The position numbers and the translations under genes are program-made. The notes beneath the pieces are model-generated. The model made no database searches and was not told the DNA's origin. It worked only from the letters and a program-made list of their open reading frames with translations. A stretch of DNA of 38,411 bases from Candidatus Eiseniibacteriota bacterium. GTDB lineage: Bacteria; Eisenbacteria; RBG-16-71-46; CAZAMP01. The DNA lies in NCBI GenBank assembly GCA_965224245.1, contig CBDCYW010000016.1:1-38411 (forward strand), written 5' to 3'. Shown piece after piece: positions 1 to 9,204 of this stretch; positions within the stretch are counted from its first letter, which is position 1; each line of letters opens with the position of its first letter.

Positions 1-550
1 GGCGAGTCGTTCGCCGTCGAGATGTTCGGCGCGCCCAACCGCATCGGCTACCAGCAGGCGCACGACGGCTGCGGCGGTAGCGCGTACACCATCCTGACGC
101 AGACCGAGCCCAACGTCGTCAACCCCGAGCTTGGGTCTGGCGATCACGTCGCTCCTAAATGGCATCTACATGCCGTGCGCCCGAGCGACGCCGACGGCCG
201 CGTCGACACGTACCCGACGCCCGTGCATTTCGGTGAGGATTGGGGCGAGGCGCTGGGGCCGTATACGAGTCATCGATACAGCCGTGGAGTCGAGAGTACT
301 ACGAACGAGAGTTTGATCGCAGCGGTCGTCACCGTCGAACATCGTTGACGCAGACGGGCGCTCCGTCGCATCGATCACCTACGGCGTCGTCACGCCACCG
401 CCCGTCGACTACGCCCGTCGGTTCATCGAGGAGTGGAACGCGATGTGTCCCGACATCCGCGCGGTGCCGAACCCGGCGCGCGTGAAGCTGGAGCAGGTCG
501 CAGCGATGGTGCCGACCAAGGCGTGGGAAACGTACTACGGGGGCAAGTAG
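1..550 (+). CDS. 3' part of the junction-spanning putative glycoside hydrolase (continues from 37794-38411); apparent indels at ~290-340
   Basis: Frame 1 is open from base 1 (GESFAVEMFGAP...) to TGA 348. Removing small insertions near 290-340 gives GVEYYEREFDRAVVTVNIVDADGRSVASITYG...YYGGK, ending at TAG 548-550, directly abutting the convergent stop at 551-553. Confidence 0.6.
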
Positions 551-826
551 CTACTCGTCGGCGGTGATGTACCAGAAGCACCAATCTGTCCCATCGGCTC
601 GGAACATGCCCTCGGCGTCCGAGTACCCCTCGGGCGCGGTCTCCGTCATCGGCACCATCACGTAGTCGTAGGCGTCCGTCCCCGACTGCGGGACGGCGGG
701 CAACCGCCACTCCAGACCGAGACTCCCCGACAACGACAGCACCCGGAACCCCGTAGCCCCAGCGGGCACCTCGATCGACGCGCCCGTCTCGGTCCACGCT
801 ACAGACGTCGCATGGTAGTAACTCAC
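551..826 (-). CDS. hypothetical protein (91 aa), last gene of the leftward arm
   Basis: Start overlaps the upstream stop; protein-like composition. Confidence 0.7.
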   Translation of the reverse strand: MSYYHATSVAWTETGASIEVPAGATGFRVLSLSGSLGLEWRLPAVPQSGTDAYDYVMVPMTETAPEGYSDAEGMFRADGTDWCFWYITADE

Positions 827-1188
827 GTCAACACCCCCACGAGTACAGACGCCGCAATCCCGATGAGCGTCACGAGGATGGTCACCAGCAAGCGACGGTT
901 CGCGCGGTTCGCCTCGCGCTGCTCGGTGGCGAGTTCGTGCCGCTCGGCCTTCTCCTGCATCAACTCTTTGACCGCGATCACGAGGCCCTCCCCGGCTTCG
1001 GCTCCGGAGCCGACACCGACCACGCGCTCGAGGCGTTCGATCCGTCTGCCGTGGCGGTCGAGCCGGTCATCGAGCCGCCGCGCGACCAGTGGTGTCGCTT
1101 CGCCTTCGTAAGCCTCTTGTGCCCGGATCTGTTCCGGCGTGGGCACGTCTCGGCGAGGATCGTCTGCCACCGTTCCCCCTCGTCGCAA
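823..1188 (-). CDS. coiled-coil protein with C-terminal transmembrane helix (lysis-cassette/holin-like)
   Basis: LDDRLDRHGRRIERLE coiled coil; C-terminal LLVTILVTLIGIAASVLVGVL hydrophobic segment; next to the amidase gene. Confidence 0.6.
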   Translation of the reverse strand: MRRGGTVADDPRRDVPTPEQIRAQEAYEGEATPLVARRLDDRLDRHGRRIERLERVVGVGSGAEAGEGLVIAVKELMQEKAERHELATEQREANRANRRLLVTILVTLIGIAASVLVGVLT

Positions 1189-1207
1189 TCGCTATCCGTC
1201 GCCCATT

Positions 1208-1903
1208 TCAAACGCGGCCCACTTCGACCACGTAATAGTCATCATGCACGCCATAGAGCGCTGGAGTCACGTCCTCGGTGTGGACATATCGCCCACCGCC
1301 TAGACCAAACGCGCGGGGCCACGGCTCGTTGCTCGTGGCGCCCTGGTCTGCGTGTCGCCCGAGCGTGCCCGCCATCGCGCGTCTCGCGTACTCCTCGATG
1401 TACGCCGCGCCCGTCGAACACACGTACAGCCGATCCGAGAACCCAAACCGCCGACGGCTCGCGTTGTGCCCGTACAGACCATCCAAGAGAAAGTCGATGA
1501 GGTCGCCGACGTCGTAGACGCTCCCGTCGAGTCGCGCCGCCGCCAGTCGCATGTACCCGATCGCCTCATCAGGATAGTCGATCGCGGGGCGCTTGTCGCC
1601 CCACTGACGCCGCAGCACGCGCCACCGCTCGGGACCGCGAACGAAGGCGTTCAGCCGCGACCAGTGCGCCATCGGCGCCGTGACCTCGAACACGCGGTCA
1701 TCCCCGAGGTAGATGCCCACGTGCGTGATGCGCCACGCGTCGTCCTTCGGGTAGCCGCGTCGACCCGTCACGGGGTTCGTGAGCACGTACCGCTGGGAGA
1801 GCCGGATGCCGTTGCACGGGATCGACGCCCACGGCGGCCACCACCGGACCCGGCATTCGGTCGCGATGATGTCGCCGGGGCGCATCGTGGTCGAGATGTT
1901 CAC
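1208..1903 (-). CDS. permuted papain-like NlpC/P60 (YiiX/YaeF, C92-like) amidase; candidate endolysin
   Basis: PGDII...HVGIYLG...YD...YVCS...VTP, with His before Cys as in the permuted family. GTG 1903 overlaps the upstream stop. Confidence 0.75.
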   Translation of the reverse strand: MNISTTMRPGDIIATECRVRWWPPWASIPCNGIRLSQRYVLTNPVTGRRGYPKDDAWRITHVGIYLGDDRVFEVTAPMAHWSRLNAFVRGPERWRVLRRQWGDKRPAIDYPDEAIGYMRLAAARLDGSVYDVGDLIDFLLDGLYGHNASRRRFGFSDRLYVCSTGAAYIEEYARRAMAGTLGRHADQGATSNEPWPRAFGLGGGRYVHTEDVTPALYGVHDDYYVVEVGRV

Positions 1904-2088
1904 GGCTTCGGCTTCGCCCCGATCGGGGTCCCGGCACCCAGCCGAAGGAACGCCACAGCCATAGCCAGGAGCGGCGCGTTCAGCGCGTCGACCGTCGCGT
2001 CCGGCACGATATCGTACTTGTCCAACACCGCGAGAGCCACGATTGCCAACGCCACCCCGATCGTTCTTGACTGGTACCACGGTTTCAT
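1900..2088 (-). CDS. putative holin (62 aa, two hydrophobic segments)
   Basis: MKPWYQSRTIGVALAIVALAVL start typical of small phage holins; ATGA overlap with the upstream gene. Confidence 0.6.
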   Translation of the reverse strand: MKPWYQSRTIGVALAIVALAVLDKYDIVPDATVDALNAPLLAMAVAFLRLGAGTPIGAKPKP

Positions 2089-2354
2089 TTCGCACCCCTT
2101 TCGCGATCGCGCTCGCATCGCTCAGCGATTGTTTTCAGCGCGATCATTGCATCTTCCACCTTGTCGACGCGGCCGTCCGTTTTGTCGATGCGCTTGGTGA
2201 CGACCTTCAGCCCGTCTACCACGAATTCGCGGTCGTCGCGAAACTTCTGCCACAGACGCCCCGCCGTGATGCCGATCGTTACTAGCACGACGGCGACGCC
2301 GACGGTGATCGTGATCTGTGTGTCCTGGGTCAGTGGCAATCCACCGAACGCCAC
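2085..2354 (-). CDS. small membrane protein (N-terminal TM plus coiled coil), lysis cassette
   Basis: ITITVGVAVVLVTIGITAG hydrophobic stretch followed by KRIDKTDGRVDKVE. Confidence 0.6.
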   Translation of the reverse strand: MAFGGLPLTQDTQITITVGVAVVLVTIGITAGRLWQKFRDDREFVVDGLKVVTKRIDKTDGRVDKVEDAMIALKTIAERCERDRERGAK

Positions 2355-2369
2355 ATTGGCCCCCCATCA

Positions 2370-5300
2370 TCATGGTAGGTTCAGGTGTAGATAACACTGC
2401 GTCGAGTCCGGCACCGCGAACGCTTCGATATCGCTGTAGATTTCGCGACCGTTGAGCGTGAATGTGATCTCATAGGTCGTGACGCTGTTCGGCTCCGTGA
2501 TCGCCGACGAGTAAATCAACGGCAGTACCGCACGACCGGGTACCGCCTCGCCGCCGAACGACCGGCCCGTTACGGCGCAGACCTTGTTATCCGACACCGT
2601 ACCGCCGGACCACGTGGCGCTCGATCCCTCGAAGTCGGCGCACACCCGGACCGAGTCGGACGCCGTCCCGGTTAACTCCACGATGTCGACGATGACGTTG
2701 CAGACGTCTGGCGTCTCCGGTGGGTCGTAGGCGATGCGAGTCAACTCGATGTCCTTGGTATATCCCGACGTCACGAGCGGGCGAAAGTTTCCTGTCTCGA
2801 CGAGGTAGTATCCCTGTTTCCACGCCCAGTAGTAGGTGCTCTCGCCGAGGTTGTAGGCGAACGAGTCGGTACCGCCGACGGCCACGACCTTACGCTGCGT
2901 GATCGGCGCCGCCTGCGTCGGCCCGCTCCTGAACTCGTAGACGACCCCGTCGATGGCGTTACCGGTGATATCGTCCTTGAACGTGACATACCCGACGTAA
3001 TCGCCAGTGGCGATGGTCGCGGTCGAGATGGCGGCGAAGTCGTCGGCCACCGCCGCGTCGACACTGTCGGCGATGGTCGCCGCCGACGGCGGCTTGACGA
3101 AACTCGTGTCGCCGATCGCCGGCCGTGCCGCAAGCGCAGCCGTCAACTCCGAGTTCGTCGGGATGTCGGAGACGTCCGGGACGCTCGACCACGTGCCCGG
3201 CTGGAACGCCTGAATGTACTGATACAGCTCGCTCTCGGTATACTGAGCTGCCGCGATGGCGTCGATATCCAACTGCATCGCCTCGACGAGAGCCTGCGTT
3301 AGCTGGGCGGCGAATGTCGCGTTCGAGATCGACGACCCAAGGTTGTACTGGCCGAGGATGATCGTGAGCTGGTTAGCCAGAACGGCGTCTAGCTCAGCCG
3401 CCGTCCAGTCACCAGGGCCATGAGATGCGATCAAGGTTGAGTCGATCTCCTCAGGCGTGTAGCTCTCTTGCGTGAACGCGCCACCGAGCGCTATCACGGA
3501 GTCGCCGCCCGGATAGTACCAGCTGAACAGCCCGCGCCAGTGACCGACCGTGTCGAGCGTAGCCGACCGATACCTGATGTTGCCGAACGCCGACAGAGAG
3601 TCATTCGGCCAGTAGTCGCGCAGCTCAGTCCCGAGGTAGACACGGAGCGCCACGCTATCAGGCGCCTCACCCATGTACCCCGACTGGAAGACGAAAGCGC
3701 CGGGGTTCGACGGGACAGACGGCGGGGGCGCGTCGGCAACCGTCGTGACTGGCCGCGACTCGGACGCGGTCGTGACGTTCCCAGACGCGTCCTTGCTCTG
3801 AGTGTAGTAGACGTATTGCGTTCCCGCCGAGAGCCCCGTGTCGTTGTAGCTCGCACCAGCCTGCCAGCCGCTCGACGTCCCACCTGGGTTTCCTGACGTC
3901 TCAACGAACCGGTACATGATGCCGCCGCCGGGGTCAGTAGCCGTGGAGGCGGTCATCGAGACCTCGGACGTCGACACCGCGTAGGGGTAGACCGACCACG
4001 TCGATGGCGTCGGAGTCGGTGGCGTGCCGTCCCCAGCCGCTCCAGTGGTGGATGCATACGACCCGGTCGCGCCCGCCTCCGAGACGCCTCGCATACGGAC
4101 GTCGTAGGTATCGCCCTCGACGAGCCCCGTGATGGTGTAGTCCGTCTCGGTTGACTGCCGCGTCCCGCTAGACGTGTACCCACCGCCGTCGAGCTGCCAC
4201 TCGATTTGATGATCGAAGTCGTAGGGCAGGTCCCACGTGACATCGATCTCGCCGTCGTCTCCGGCGGTCGCGGTGAGCCCGGTCGGCGGGTCGGGTGCGC
4301 CAGCGTCCTCGGTGATGCCCGTTGTTGACGCCCACAGTGTCTGGCGGTTAAACGCGGCGTCTCGTGCCTGGACCCTAAGATCGTACTCGGTCCCCTGCGC
4401 GAGCCCAGATAGAACGCGGGACGTTGCGGTGCCCCATCCGCCCGATATCCACGTCGGGTCACCTAGAACCCTGTATTCGACGATATACTCGATCGGCGTA
4501 GACGTGTCCGAAGCGGCATCCCATGACAGAGCCAACGACGAAAGCGTTGTACTATCGACCGCGAAATTCGTCAGCGGCTCCGGCGTGGGTGCTTCATCGT
4601 CGACAGTAACAGCACCTGCCGAGAATGTCCCGCCAACCGAGTGTGTGAAATGGAGGAACCCGCGTGTGTCGGTCGTGTCGAGTTTCGTACCGGACACCGG
4701 AAGGTTGATTGTGACGGCCGCGTTCGGCGTCATCCCTTCGATCTTGACGTTTACCGGAAGGCCTGTCGTGGTCGTCGAGAATGACCAGTCGTCGTTTGCC
4801 GTCATCGTGCGGTTGAATAACGCGACGTAGACCGTGTCGGTCATCGCCACGGCGCCGCCGAAGTGGTTTGCGTCTATCCCGCTGAGTGGGTCGCGCGAAC
4901 CGATCGCTGTTGACCCCTGGTCGAGAACCTGGTGGGCGACGGTCCACGTATGGAGCAACGTGTCAGCGGCTGCGATACGAGCCTCAAGGCGGTAGTAACA
5001 TCCTTGCCCGTGAAACCCCCACGAGTCCGTACTGGTTGGCTGCCAGTGGTCGGCAACGCCCGTACCGTTGTCGGATGGTCCGGCGTGAACGCCTTGATAA
5101 TAGAACTCAAACGACGGGTCCGGCGGGTAAATGCCACCGGTCTCGCGATTTCGGTAGGTCCCGTTGATCGGCTGCGACTCCTCGTAACTAGCCTGGTTCC
5201 GTTTCCCCTCCGATGCGCCGTCGTCCCACCATGATACGCTCTTGAGGTATTCGCCCTGTGAGTTCGGTCCGCCGATGACCCACAGATCGGGCTCGACATC

Positions 5301-7538
5301 GCCGCCGAGGATCTCGAACACAAAGCGAGACGTTTCGCCTGCGCCGTCCGTCACGTCGTAATAGTAGCCATACCCGCCGGGGCCGATCTTCGCGCCCGGC
5401 GTCCCTGAGAACGAATTAAGAGGCGTCCCGCCACCCGTCCAGTCCGATGCCCCGATGGTCTGCCCAGCCGTGCGAACGTCAGGCATCGGCATCCACATTT
5501 GATCCACGAACGTGATGCCGGCCCGTGCGGGGTTGTACGCTTCGCCACGGATCAAGAGGAGTTCACCGTCTCCGTTGAGTTGCCATCCCGCGATCTTGCG
5601 CTGCGCCGAGTCGATCGACACGTCATCATCCCATAACGTCGAAAGATCGGTGTTTGGGAAGTCCCACGTATTCTGGACGACAACATCGAAGCCGTCATCG
5701 TCTGAACTGAACTTGTCGAAATACCCCGATTTATATCGGTCGTAGCTGTACGGCGCCCATGCGCCATATTGTCGGTAAGGGTCCCATCCGTTCGTTCGTA
5801 GCGCCACGCTGAACCATCTTTGTGAACCCGTCGTTGTAAGCCATGAGTCGTTTACGTCGTAGTGACTACCGCCGTCCCATTCGGTCGCGTCGAACTGCGC
5901 GGCGGCTCGGTAGTCGGCGTGCGACGGGTCGATAACGCGCACCATGTTCCAACCGACTCCGCCCTTCCATATGAACGACGGAAAGAGGCTTGACAGGTCG
6001 TCATAATATCCAGGGCGCCCGGTTCCCCATGCATCGCCACGATGCAACCAGTAGTGGCCCCGGCCACTGTTCCCAATGTCGTGCGTCGATCCCGTCTGTG
6101 GCCCCGCAGTGATCGCGAACACCGCGACATCGGATCTCGGCGTTGGGTCGTCCTGCTGAGAGTCATAACCCCACTTTGTCCGGAAATACGCATACGCGCC
6201 GCGTCCGGTGTCGTCTCCTCCACCGCTTCCGCCCTTTTCCGTGCCCCACGCGATGTTATCAACGCCGAACAAACGCCCCTTTGGATATTCAGTCGCCGAC
6301 GCGCGCGTGACCTGACGATCGTCGAACATGAACCGAAGGACGCGATCCCAAACGGACGGCATCCCTATAGCGTCCACGATGTCATCGAGAAGCCCGATCG
6401 TTAGCGTGTCTTGTTCGAATGACGCGGCCATGTAAGCGGCCGTGATGTTGTGCGATAGAAGCCGCTGGTGGTTGTCATCACCCCGGAGCCCGACGTTCTC
6501 GACGTTCGACATGACTCGGTTCACTGTCCAATCGTCATATTTCAGATAGTGTTGGGCGAACGTGGTCCTAAAGTCGGTCGAGTCAGGCATGGCCTTGCTG
6601 CCGATGTATACGGGTATGAAGTCCTCTAGCGCGCGAGAGCTACCAGAACCATCGTCTGCATACGAATAATATGCGCCCTGCCCGACCTGGATGCGCGCTG
6701 ACCCCTGCGAGTACCACTGAGGATAGAACGTAGACAGACGAGTTGCGAATGTTCCAGAGTCATATTCTGGGTAACTCGCAACCTCGGACGATCCGGCCAT
6801 TGTGAGAAGCACCGACATCACGCCGCCGCGTCTCATGGCGATATTGTACCACGGCTGACGCGAAGGATCGCCAGAGCCTAGGTAGCCAATTGTTACGACC
6901 TCTTCTTGATTGAAGAGGATGCGTCCAAACTCCGAGTGTCTAGTCTGGTCGGCAGCTGTCCCGCCAACCATAAGGTCATGCGTCACGTCCCACAGGAAAA
7001 GAGGACCAAAATATATCGCGTCCTCAACCCACGCTTCGCCGCCATTCGTCTCTGTATTCCCGGTCCACGTAGCAAGTGAGTCGCGACCGAAACAGTCGTT
7101 GGCGAACTTGACTTGTGTGATAAAGCTATCCATCTGCGCGCGGAGTTTCGTCAGCATGTTCGCGTGTAGCGTTTCCTGCCCAGGGACGCTATCGGTTACG
7201 ACGTACACAAGCGCAACGGGCATCATGGCATCGAACATCTCGCCCGCTTGGCCCTCGCTTGCGTAGGGGTTGCTGCAACTAGCGCCAGCAACGCCGGTAT
7301 CATCCAAGATCGATCCGATGTCGGACTCGGCGGCGTTCGCGTCGTCGACAAGGTCGGACCATATATCGGTCTTGTCCTGATACCACGCCTCGCCGTCGTC
7401 CTCGATGCCGGCCTCGGAGCGCCAGCGGTAGAGTTGTTCATACGTGATGCCGCGCGGGTAGTCGGTGCGCGTCACCGGCTGCGACATCGCGACCGACGCC
7501 ACACAGAGCGCCACGAGTGCTAGTAGTAGGGTCCTCAT
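2370..7538 (-). CDS. 1722-aa multidomain protein: signal peptide, heparinase II/III-like polysaccharide-lyase region, three FN3-type domains, C-terminal beta-rich domain
   Basis: N-terminal MRTLLLALVALCVASVAMS. YFRTKWG...FAITAGP...HD...GHYWLHRG resembles the heparinase II/III beta-domain. FN3-like segments: LALSWDA..YIVEYR..YDLRVQA; PDPPTGLTATAG..IDVTWD; SGWQAGASYNDTGL..YVYYTQSKD. Confidence 0.65.
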   Translation of the reverse strand: MRTLLLALVALCVASVAMSQPVTRTDYPRGITYEQLYRWRSEAGIEDDGEAWYQDKTDIWSDLVDDANAAESDIGSILDDTGVAGASCSNPYASEGQAGEMFDAMMPVALVYVVTDSVPGQETLHANMLTKLRAQMDSFITQVKFANDCFGRDSLATWTGNTETNGGEAWVEDAIYFGPLFLWDVTHDLMVGGTAADQTRHSEFGRILFNQEEVVTIGYLGSGDPSRQPWYNIAMRRGGVMSVLLTMAGSSEVASYPEYDSGTFATRLSTFYPQWYSQGSARIQVGQGAYYSYADDGSGSSRALEDFIPVYIGSKAMPDSTDFRTTFAQHYLKYDDWTVNRVMSNVENVGLRGDDNHQRLLSHNITAAYMAASFEQDTLTIGLLDDIVDAIGMPSVWDRVLRFMFDDRQVTRASATEYPKGRLFGVDNIAWGTEKGGSGGGDDTGRGAYAYFRTKWGYDSQQDDPTPRSDVAVFAITAGPQTGSTHDIGNSGRGHYWLHRGDAWGTGRPGYYDDLSSLFPSFIWKGGVGWNMVRVIDPSHADYRAAAQFDATEWDGGSHYDVNDSWLTTTGSQRWFSVALRTNGWDPYRQYGAWAPYSYDRYKSGYFDKFSSDDDGFDVVVQNTWDFPNTDLSTLWDDDVSIDSAQRKIAGWQLNGDGELLLIRGEAYNPARAGITFVDQMWMPMPDVRTAGQTIGASDWTGGGTPLNSFSGTPGAKIGPGGYGYYYDVTDGAGETSRFVFEILGGDVEPDLWVIGGPNSQGEYLKSVSWWDDGASEGKRNQASYEESQPINGTYRNRETGGIYPPDPSFEFYYQGVHAGPSDNGTGVADHWQPTSTDSWGFHGQGCYYRLEARIAAADTLLHTWTVAHQVLDQGSTAIGSRDPLSGIDANHFGGAVAMTDTVYVALFNRTMTANDDWSFSTTTTGLPVNVKIEGMTPNAAVTINLPVSGTKLDTTDTRGFLHFTHSVGGTFSAGAVTVDDEAPTPEPLTNFAVDSTTLSSLALSWDAASDTSTPIEYIVEYRVLGDPTWISGGWGTATSRVLSGLAQGTEYDLRVQARDAAFNRQTLWASTTGITEDAGAPDPPTGLTATAGDDGEIDVTWDLPYDFDHQIEWQLDGGGYTSSGTRQSTETDYTITGLVEGDTYDVRMRGVSEAGATGSYASTTGAAGDGTPPTPTPSTWSVYPYAVSTSEVSMTASTATDPGGGIMYRFVETSGNPGGTSSGWQAGASYNDTGLSAGTQYVYYTQSKDASGNVTTASESRPVTTVADAPPPSVPSNPGAFVFQSGYMGEAPDSVALRVYLGTELRDYWPNDSLSAFGNIRYRSATLDTVGHWRGLFSWYYPGGDSVIALGGAFTQESYTPEEIDSTLIASHGPGDWTAAELDAVLANQLTIILGQYNLGSSISNATFAAQLTQALVEAMQLDIDAIAAAQYTESELYQYIQAFQPGTWSSVPDVSDIPTNSELTAALAARPAIGDTSFVKPPSAATIADSVDAAVADDFAAISTATIATGDYVGYVTFKDDITGNAIDGVVYEFRSGPTQAAPITQRKVVAVGGTDSFAYNLGESTYYWAWKQGYYLVETGNFRPLVTSGYTKDIELTRIAYDPPETPDVCNVIVDIVELTGTASDSVRVCADFEGSSATWSGGTVSDNKVCAVTGRSFGGEAVPGRAVLPLIYSSAITEPNSVTTYEITFTLNGREIYSDIEAFAVPDSTQCYLHLNLP

Positions 7539-7539
7539 G

Positions 7540-9204
7540 CTACGGCGCTCCTATCACCATGCGTATCTCACGCGGGACCGTCAGCGCGTCCCGGTACTTC
7601 GTGTCCGTCCCGCCGTCCCACACCCGCCACTCGACAGACCAGACGCCCGACGCCACCGCCAGGAAGTCGATCGTGGCCGTATCACCGTCGTGGTCCCACC
7701 ACATGGCCCCGTTCATGTACCGCGTCGTCCGTCCGGCCGGGTCTTTGACCGTTGCCCACACGCTATCGGCGTCCGCCAGACCAGAGAGGTCGAACGCCTG
7801 CGCGTACTGACCGCCAAGCGGGAGTGCCCCTATCGTCCTGCCGCTGATCCCACGACGATCGACCGTAGGCGCGAGCCCGACGTTTGATGTGTCGTCCTCG
7901 GCGAAGTAAGGACGGGCAAAGTCGTCCGTGTCCGCGCCGTAGTCCCACGCCTGGAACTCCGAAAATACGGTGGTGGTGTCGACGCCAATTTCCATGAACG
8001 TCAACGTTCCCCCGTTTGGCTGATACCATCGGTTTCCGCCGAACGTTACGGACGATCCTGCGCCCGAGATCAGTATACCGCTACCGGTGTTCGAGTCGGC
8101 GATGATGTTGTCTTGTATGACGCAGGACGTGCACGGGTCCGCCGCGACGAGCCACCCGACGTCTGGACTGTTGGTATTGTAGAAGGTATTGCCGATGACC
8201 CGGTGCCCCGATCCTTGCACCTCGATCATATCGTCGCCGTTGTTCCACCATCTGGAGTCCTGGACCGTGACGTTCTGGCATATGTTCCCCGACGCGTCGA
8301 GATACGCGCCGTCGTCGGTATTATCGTGGACGTCGCAATCGTCCACGAGATGCCCCACGCCATTGAATATCACGCCATGGTCGAAGCCGGACACGTCGGT
8401 GTTCCGGATGATGGCGTTTTCTGCCGAGTTGTTCGTGATGACGATGCCGTTCGGCTTATCGCCGCCGAGTTCGCCAGACACCTGCCGGTCAACGACGCAG
8501 TCCTCGACTACCAGCGGGCGAACGTCGCCGACGTTGATACCGCTGGCATTAATGCCAGTCATGGAGCACCGGTACACATAAAGACCGCCGATTGGCCCGA
8601 CGGCAGCGCCAGCGTAAATCGCCGTCGTTCCGTTGTCCTCGGTGTTAAGGCGCCATACGCAATCGACAAACCAGTATGGCTCTGACGTCACGCCAGGGGC
8701 TCCCGAGATCAGTACGGCCCCGGTGGTAGCGTCCGCTGTCGGCGGGGCGTCTCCGGCCGTAACGTTCTCCCAATCCTCGAATATGATCCTCTCGAACCGG
8801 TACCCGTCTCGCATCACCGACGGGCTGGAGTTCTGGAAATGGAAGGCATACTGCCCCGTTCCTGTCCTCGCCGCGCCCGATATGATGATCTCCGCACCAG
8901 GGTACGCCATGATGTAGGTCGGAGCGGACGCCGTACCCGAGCACGACGTGTGCGGGATGAGCTGGTAGATGTCGGTGATTGTCCACGTCCCCACGGGCTC
9001 AGCCTCGGACGCCGCCACATAAAGCGTGTCACCACCGACGACCTTGCCGGACGACAAGGCGTTCGACATGGTTGCGTAGGACAGTGCGAGGGTGCTTCCG
9101 TCGTCTGAGTCGCTCCCGTCTGATGTCAGGTACTTCGTCGACCCGTGTGCCGCCGTCGCCGAGAGCGTCGCGATGGCCAGTGCCCAAACGTACGCCGCCC
9201 GCAT
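7540..9204 (-). CDS. right-handed parallel beta-helix (pectate-lyase-like) protein with signal peptide; tailspike/depolymerase-like
   Basis: MRAAYVWALAIATLSATAAHG then YLTSDGSDSDDG...GGDTLYV; repeated beta-helix rungs (IIRNTDVSG, VDDCDVHDN, VIGNTFYN, IQDNIIAD). Confidence 0.8.
   Translation of the reverse strand: MRAAYVWALAIATLSATAAHGSTKYLTSDGSDSDDGSTLALSYATMSNALSSGKVVGGDTLYVAASEAEPVGTWTITDIYQLIPHTSCSGTASAPTYIMAYPGAEIIISGAARTGTGQYAFHFQNSSPSVMRDGYRFERIIFEDWENVTAGDAPPTADATTGAVLISGAPGVTSEPYWFVDCVWRLNTEDNGTTAIYAGAAVGPIGGLYVYRCSMTGINASGINVGDVRPLVVEDCVVDRQVSGELGGDKPNGIVITNNSAENAIIRNTDVSGFDHGVIFNGVGHLVDDCDVHDNTDDGAYLDASGNICQNVTVQDSRWWNNGDDMIEVQGSGHRVIGNTFYNTNSPDVGWLVAADPCTSCVIQDNIIADSNTGSGILISGAGSSVTFGGNRWYQPNGGTLTFMEIGVDTTTVFSEFQAWDYGADTDDFARPYFAEDDTSNVGLAPTVDRRGISGRTIGALPLGGQYAQAFDLSGLADADSVWATVKDPAGRTTRYMNGAMWWDHDGDTATIDFLAVASGVWSVEWRVWDGGTDTKYRDALTVPREIRMVIGAP

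Noticed and set aside
1-9. attL/attR core of a prophage
   Set aside because: No integrase and no host flanks; the repeat lies inside a continuous ORF, which fits an assembly overlap better
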